Virus record (IMG/VR): IMGVR_UViG_3300032782_000011
Coordinates: 1 to 63,457 of that record
From: a virus
Lineage: Duplodnaviria > Caudoviricetes
Direction: 5' to 3' (one strand)
DNA length: 63,457 nucleotides
This document shows, piece by piece, positions 58,408 to 63,457 of this stretch. Every line of letters starts with the position of its first letter. Within the stretch, counting starts at the first letter, position 1. The notes below the pieces were generated by a model that did no database searches, was not told where the DNA came from, and saw only the letters and a list, made by a program, of their open reading frames with translations. The position numbers and the translations under genes were made by a program.

Positions 58408-58679
58408 TGGCATACAGACCTAGACCCGCATGGAGCAGAATTCGAGACAAAGCGTACCCGAGTGAGATTGCCTCTCAGCGACCATTCCTCGCGCCGCGCA
58501 TTCACTGTGAGGAGCCTTGGGAGGAGTTCGACGCCGAGGAGACCTTGCGAGGTGGTGGAAGGCGTCGGGCGATTATGCCACCGTCCAATGAAGAGTATGA
58601 GCCACTGGAGAATATGTGCGAGCGTTTCAATCATGCGCTACGCTCCGGCCATGGCTTCCGAAATGAGGGCGAGGAGTAA
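58404..58679 (+). CDS. Hypothetical protein
   Basis: GGAGG RBS; coupled to neighbours. Confidence 0.55.
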   Translation: MMAYRPRPAWSRIRDKAYPSEIASQRPFLAPRIHCEEPWEEFDAEETLRGGGRRRAIMPPSNEEYEPLENMCERFNHALRSGHGFRNEGEE

Positions 58680-58681
58680 CC

Positions 58682-58870
58682 ATGCCATGGGGTGCGAGCG
58701 ACGCTAAGCGCCATACGAAGAAGGCCAGCTCAGGTAAGGCTAGCCGTCAGTGGGCGCATGTCGCGAACTCGATGCTAGAGCGTGGAGAATCCGAAGGCGC
58801 AGCAGTTAGGGCTGCGAATGGCGTCGTCAAGAAGCGCGGTAAACGAGGGAAGAAGCGGAGCAGCAAGTGA
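58682..58870 (+). CDS. Small basic protein (MPW...RQWAHVANS...AVRAANGVV; ChaB-like)
   Basis: GAGGAG RBS; motif recalled from phage head modules. Confidence 0.65.
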   Translation: MPWGASDAKRHTKKASSGKASRQWAHVANSMLERGESEGAAVRAANGVVKKRGKRGKKRSSK

Positions 58871-60226
58871 ATGGCCCCGTACAACTACATCAGCTACGTG
58901 CAAGCGCGGCAGGAGCTAGCGCAGAGACTCTACGACCCGACCGAGACTTTCTGGACGGACGCTGAGCTTGGGCAGTACATCCTTGAGGCCCTACGAACTT
59001 GGAATGCCCTAACTTCCTACTGGCGCGGGGACTTCACCTTCGTTGCGAGCGCTAGTAATCGCTGGTATGACCTCACAAACGCTACGCAGATGCCAAACAC
59101 GCTGAGGCCTTACACGCTCACCGACGTATGGGTGTATCAGCAGATGGAGTATCACCTCTTAGAGCCATCGACAGGCATCAACCCATGGGCGGGCTCATCA
59201 CAGTTTAGTGCGGCAGACTTCACCTCCGCTGTGTGGCGGCGTAGGGATGAGATTCTATCGACGACTGGATGCACCGTGGGTGAGCAGACTGTCCCAGCCT
59301 TGAGTGTCAGGACGCTCCTACCTGATTCGGTTATCGACATTCGCAGGGTCGCTTATCTGCCTGCGGCGAACGCCTCGCCAACGGTACTTTGGGATGAGGA
59401 TGCTTGGTCGATGCAAGCGTTCACTGCTGGCTACCCGATGCTGCCTCCAGGACTCCCGGCGATGTACCTTAGGTCTACACAGCCGCCTATCAGTTTCGAC
59501 ACCGACAGAGCCCCTGGATATGGTGGGACTTATGAAGTGCTCACCATCAACGCTGGACCTACTGTATCTACTACAACACCTACTCAGTTGCTCATCCCTG
59601 ATGACTGGGCTGATGTCGTCAAGTGGGGGGCGTTGTCTGATTTGCTATCCCGCGAGTCGAATGCGAAGGATATGACCCGAGCTACCTACTGTGAGCAACG
59701 CTACCGTATGGGGATGAAGCTGCTCCAGAAGGCTCCAGCCATGTTGGCCATACGGCTAGGCAGCACACTCCTGCAAATCGACTCTATCTACTCGGCTGAT
59801 GCGTTCAATACGACGTGGGAGGCTCTGGCGAATGGCGCGCCTGCGAATGTGTACTACGCAGGGCTCAACCTGTTCGCTCTATCACCCACGCCAGATGCGA
59901 ATGGTCCTTACTCGTTTCTGGTCACGGTAGTCCAGAATGCGCCGATGCCCACGAGCAATGGTGACTACCTTCAAGTCGGTAGAGATGACATGGATGCTAT
60001 TCTGGACTACGCTCAACACCTTGCATCCTTCAAGATGGGTGGAGAGGAATTCACGCGGACGAATCAGTTGTTGCAGCACTTTTTGAGTCAGGCCTCGCTA
60101 TATGGCCTGAAGCTAAGCGAGATTGGCGAGTTCACAGAGCCCATCTACGACCTCGCTCGGAGCGAGAAGCAGATGAAGCCGATTATGACACCTGATACCA
60201 ACTCGCTCGGCGGGCCGGAGGAGTAA
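58871..60226 (+). CDS. Tail/adaptor protein (tail tubular A-like)
   Basis: RLYDP...FWTDAELGQYILEALR N-terminus; precedes the large tail protein. Confidence 0.7.
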   Translation: MAPYNYISYVQARQELAQRLYDPTETFWTDAELGQYILEALRTWNALTSYWRGDFTFVASASNRWYDLTNATQMPNTLRPYTLTDVWVYQQMEYHLLEPSTGINPWAGSSQFSAADFTSAVWRRRDEILSTTGCTVGEQTVPALSVRTLLPDSVIDIRRVAYLPAANASPTVLWDEDAWSMQAFTAGYPMLPPGLPAMYLRSTQPPISFDTDRAPGYGGTYEVLTINAGPTVSTTTPTQLLIPDDWADVVKWGALSDLLSRESNAKDMTRATYCEQRYRMGMKLLQKAPAMLAIRLGSTLLQIDSIYSADAFNTTWEALANGAPANVYYAGLNLFALSPTPDANGPYSFLVTVVQNAPMPTSNGDYLQVGRDDMDAILDYAQHLASFKMGGEEFTRTNQLLQHFLSQASLYGLKLSEIGEFTEPIYDLARSEKQMKPIMTPDTNSLGGPEE

Positions 60227-60227
60227 C

Positions 60228-63200
60228 ATGGATTTTGGTCGCCCAAGAGAGGGATTCCGATTCGTATTCAATGGTTGGAAGGTGAATACCCAACCTGATG
60301 CGATGTCTCAGGGGAAGTATGCGTTGGCCATCAATGTGAGGGCCTACTCCGATGTGAGCACACGTACCCGTCCGGGGATTGCCGCGCTCTACAGCCTCGG
60401 TGGACAGTATCCAACCGACATCAACACTTACCAGCCATTGGTGTTCGGGAGTCTCGCGACGGATAATCCGGTACGTACTCTATCCCGTGGAGCTGATGAC
60501 ACTATCTATCTAGATGGTAATGGTGCTACTACTGGAGTACTGGTGGGAACACTAGCTGGTGCTGGAGTCTCCTACGGGGCTTCCATGATTCCCTTTCGCC
60601 CCAATGAGTCCACCGTACCTTGGATGTACGTAGCGAATGGGTTTGATTACCAGAAATTCTCGGCTCCCGACCTTGGCGGCACGACTGTGATGCAGCAGAA
60701 GGTGGGAATTGCCGAGCCTCAGATTCAACCAGAAGCGATGCTGTGGGACAACGCCGGGCTTGGTTGCTCCCCGATGTATGAGCAGCATGGTACGCCTGCC
60801 TTAACTGCTGGAGGGACCGCAGGGACAATTACCTCAAGCAGCCGTATCAGCGACACGGTTGTTGCGTCTTTTACAGACCCAATTTACGCCTTGGCAGGAA
60901 GCCCAGCATTAGGAAATCCCGTACCTGTCACGCTGCAAGTCGGCTCATCTGTGGCGTATTCGAAGTACATGATGCTATTTGTAACTCACAGTGGCGATTC
61001 AACCCTTGCGCGTGTGATAGATGTCTTTCCCCCACTTTCAGGCTCCATCCCCATTGAGCAGATTTACTACTTCAGTGGCACCACAGGTCGGTGTGTGCTG
61101 TCACCCGCGCAAATCGGCAGCGACACTCTACCTGACCAGTCTATCTACTCGACGACGTTCATCTCCGGGCTGCGCAGGGGTGCGCTCATCAAGATTGGTA
61201 CGGAAGTCTGTATGGTCTGGTCGGTCACAACGGGTCCGAATGGGGCGATTGCTATCGAGACCTCGACGACCAGCAATCACACAACGGCTGATGCGCTCAC
61301 AGGTGTTTCGGCAATTCAGATGATGCTTTCGAGCGCTAACTATACGGGCTACACACTGACTTCGCCATCGGACTCCTTCGCGGTCACAACAGGCATCGGT
61401 ACAGCCACGGGTGTACCAGTCATAACCTTCGCAAGTAGCGGGAATGCGTATCAGTCGGATGACTACCTACACCTATCGGTGTACATCGACAACCCTACGA
61501 ACCTTGTGGAGATGAAGTTCCTTCTCGATGTGGGAGATGGCAGCTTCTCGCAGAACTTCTTCTACTACACCATCAGGCAAGCGGACTTGGCACAGGCCAT
61601 CAACAATGCCGTGACTCAGCTAGCCATTGCTCAGACTGTCGCCCAGAGAGCCATCATTGATGAAGAAGAGGCTATTGCCGCCGCAAATGAGGGCGAGACC
61701 TTCTCAGGGGCGCAATCTGCAACAGGCTCTAACCAATGGACTGAGATTTTCTTCCCTATCAGTCAGCTAACTAGGGTCGGGAATGACGACACGAAATCGC
61801 TCCAGACGCTTACGAAGTTCCAACTGCTCATTAACTGCTCGGCTAACGTCAACGTACAGGTTGGAGGTATCTATATCTCAGGGGGGTCGCAGGTAGACGT
61901 GGGGGATGTCGGCGCGCCCCTAAGGTACCGATTCATTGGATATTCCAGCACCACAGGAGTACGCAGCAATCCATCACCCGAAACACGTTATGGGGTGAGC
62001 CCGCGCAGGGGGCAGGTACTTGTGTATATCCCGAATGGTGCTACACCTTATGACCCTCAGATTGATACATGGTGGATATACCGATATGGGGGCTCCATCA
62101 CGACATGGCGTTTTGTCGGTCAAGTGTCGGTGAATCCGGTACTTGGGTCTATCCCATTGTTCTTCGACAACTTTGATGACGCGGCTATCAGCGCAGGGGA
62201 TGAGTTGCAGTTCGATAACTTCGAGCCATGGCCCAGCGTTGACGACCCTAACAACAGCCTTCTAGTGTCTTTTGCTGGAACGGTGGCAGTTGTCAGTTCT
62301 CCTGACGAAGACATCACATCGTACCTTCCCGGCACACTTGTACGCTTCACAGCTAGCGAAAATGTGTACACACTACGTACTCGCCCGACATTAATTAGCG
62401 GTGCGAATTTCCTGCTGCAATTCGATGAGTGTATCCAACCTTCAGGGCCTAATTGCATCATCCAGGAGCCCCTAATTGCCAACCAGTTCTTGCCCTATAT
62501 GTGGGGACCGGACGTGAATGGGACAGTCTTTGCTTGCGGTGACACTCTACGTCCTGGAAATATCTACTTCTCAAAGAGCAACGCTCCTGATGCAGCACCA
62601 GATACATACAATGAGGAGCTATGCCCGCCGTCTGAGCCGTTGCTCGGGGGTGAGATTATCGACGGTATCTCATTCGTCGCATCGAGCAGCCGCTGGTGGG
62701 GATTGTACTTCCAGCAGGGAAATGATGCGCAACGGTACGCCTTCGTGCAGCAACCGTTTCAGCGGGGACTCGCGGCACCGTTTGGTCACTGTAATGATGG
62801 CAAGAATATCTACTGGTGGGCACCGGATGGTATCTGGTCGAGCAGCGAAGGGTCGCTGACAGATGCGGACCTGTCAACGCTATTCCCCAAGGATGGTGTC
62901 ATCGGTAAGGCTTATAGTTACAATGGAGTAACTATTAATCCACCTGATTACCAACAGTGTAGCAAGTTTAGATTGGAGTACTGCAACGGGTACCTGTATG
63001 CGCTCTACGCTCCCATCGGTGGCGGGCCTTATGTGACGCTGGTGTGCGACCTGAAGCGCAAGGCATGGAGCGTAGACATCTACGATAATATGTACATGGT
63101 ATCGGCGCTGCACACCATCCCGCAGAAGGTTGCGGAGCCTGGGTTCATTACCATCCCTTACCAACCATCGGCGAAGTTGCTCGTTGGAGGGACGATAAAT

Positions 63201-63457
63201 GTGGTGCTCGCGCAGGGGCAGATTTATCAGCAACAGGACCTGCACAATGACGACACAACCATGATACGGGGGATTCTAGCGACGAATGAGTTCGATGGCG
63301 GAGACATAAGGGCCGTGAAGCAGTGGGGGGACTTGTTCCTCGACGTGAGGCCGATTGCCTCGGCTATAGGGACGACTGGGATTACTGTCACTCCGCTCTC
63401 GAAGGGTGCGCCAATTCTTGGAGCGCCCATTCATGTCGCTTATAACGCATCTAGGGT
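60228..63457 (+). CDS. Large tail nozzle/tubular-B-like protein, N-terminal part (about 1241 aa across the junction)
   Basis: GGAGGAG RBS; MDFGRPREGFRF...; frame stays open to the window end, so it is absent from the ORF track. Confidence 0.8.
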   Translation, partial: MDFGRPREGFRFVFNGWKVNTQPDAMSQGKYALAINVRAYSDVSTRTRPGIAALYSLGGQYPTDINTYQPLVFGSLATDNPVRTLSRGADDTIYLDGNGATTGVLVGTLAGAGVSYGASMIPFRPNESTVPWMYVANGFDYQKFSAPDLGGTTVMQQKVGIAEPQIQPEAMLWDNAGLGCSPMYEQHGTPALTAGGTAGTITSSSRISDTVVASFTDPIYALAGSPALGNPVPVTLQVGSSVAYSKYMMLFVTHSGDSTLARVIDVFPPLSGSIPIEQIYYFSGTTGRCVLSPAQIGSDTLPDQSIYSTTFISGLRRGALIKIGTEVCMVWSVTTGPNGAIAIETSTTSNHTTADALTGVSAIQMMLSSANYTGYTLTSPSDSFAVTTGIGTATGVPVITFASSGNAYQSDDYLHLSVYIDNPTNLVEMKFLLDVGDGSFSQNFFYYTIRQADLAQAINNAVTQLAIAQTVAQRAIIDEEEAIAAANEGETFSGAQSATGSNQWTEIFFPISQLTRVGNDDTKSLQTLTKFQLLINCSANVNVQVGGIYISGGSQVDVGDVGAPLRYRFIGYSSTTGVRSNPSPETRYGVSPRRGQVLVYIPNGATPYDPQIDTWWIYRYGGSITTWRFVGQVSVNPVLGSIPLFFDNFDDAAISAGDELQFDNFEPWPSVDDPNNSLLVSFAGTVAVVSSPDEDITSYLPGTLVRFTASENVYTLRTRPTLISGANFLLQFDECIQPSGPNCIIQEPLIANQFLPYMWGPDVNGTVFACGDTLRPGNIYFSKSNAPDAAPDTYNEELCPPSEPLLGGEIIDGISFVASSSRWWGLYFQQGNDAQRYAFVQQPFQRGLAAPFGHCNDGKNIYWWAPDGIWSSSEGSLTDADLSTLFPKDGVIGKAYSYNGVTINPPDYQQCSKFRLEYCNGYLYALYAPIGGGPYVTLVCDLKRKAWSVDIYDNMYMVSALHTIPQKVAEPGFITIPYQPSAKLLVGGTINVVLAQGQIYQQQDLHNDDTTMIRGILATNEFDGGDIRAVKQWGDLFLDVRPIASAIGTTGITVTPLSKGAPILGAPIHVAYNASR

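Overview
The window appears to be a complete, circularly permuted genome of a tailed dsDNA phage with podovirus-like gene order, about 63,449 bp. The last 8 nt repeat the first 8 nt, and a tail gene starting at 60228 reads in frame across that junction to 504. There are two arms. The minus-strand early/replication arm (about 31200 to 7051) has many small early genes separated by T7 R1.1-like RNase III hairpins, a Cas4-like PD-(D/E)xK nuclease, a Sak4-like ATPase, an SSB-like protein, a UDG-exonuclease-PolA fusion, tRNA-Thr(UGU) and a SleB-type endolysin. The plus-strand late arm (32750 to 7094 through the junction) has terminase, portal, scaffold, capsid, adaptor, fibres, holin-like genes, tail and ejection proteins. 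I recognised no integrase, primase, CRISPR array or reverse transcriptase. Secreted-protein domain types point tentatively to an Acidobacteriota host (inference). Most striking: (1) four consecutive fibre/spike-type genes all begin with Sec-type signal peptides, suggesting periplasmic maturation of virion appendages; (2) both free-standing homing endonucleases sit directly before virion genes with abnormal starts (ATC for the major capsid protein, an out-of-frame ATG for an ejection protein); (3) a ~600-nt pseudoknotted non-coding RNA candidate heads the early arm, and a second structured RNA follows the tRNA; (4) about 10 RNase III-type hairpins punctuate the early operon; (5) GATC looks absent genome-wide except in a 2.2-kb fibre segment. 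All calls are by-eye motif recognition; no database searches or folding programs were run.
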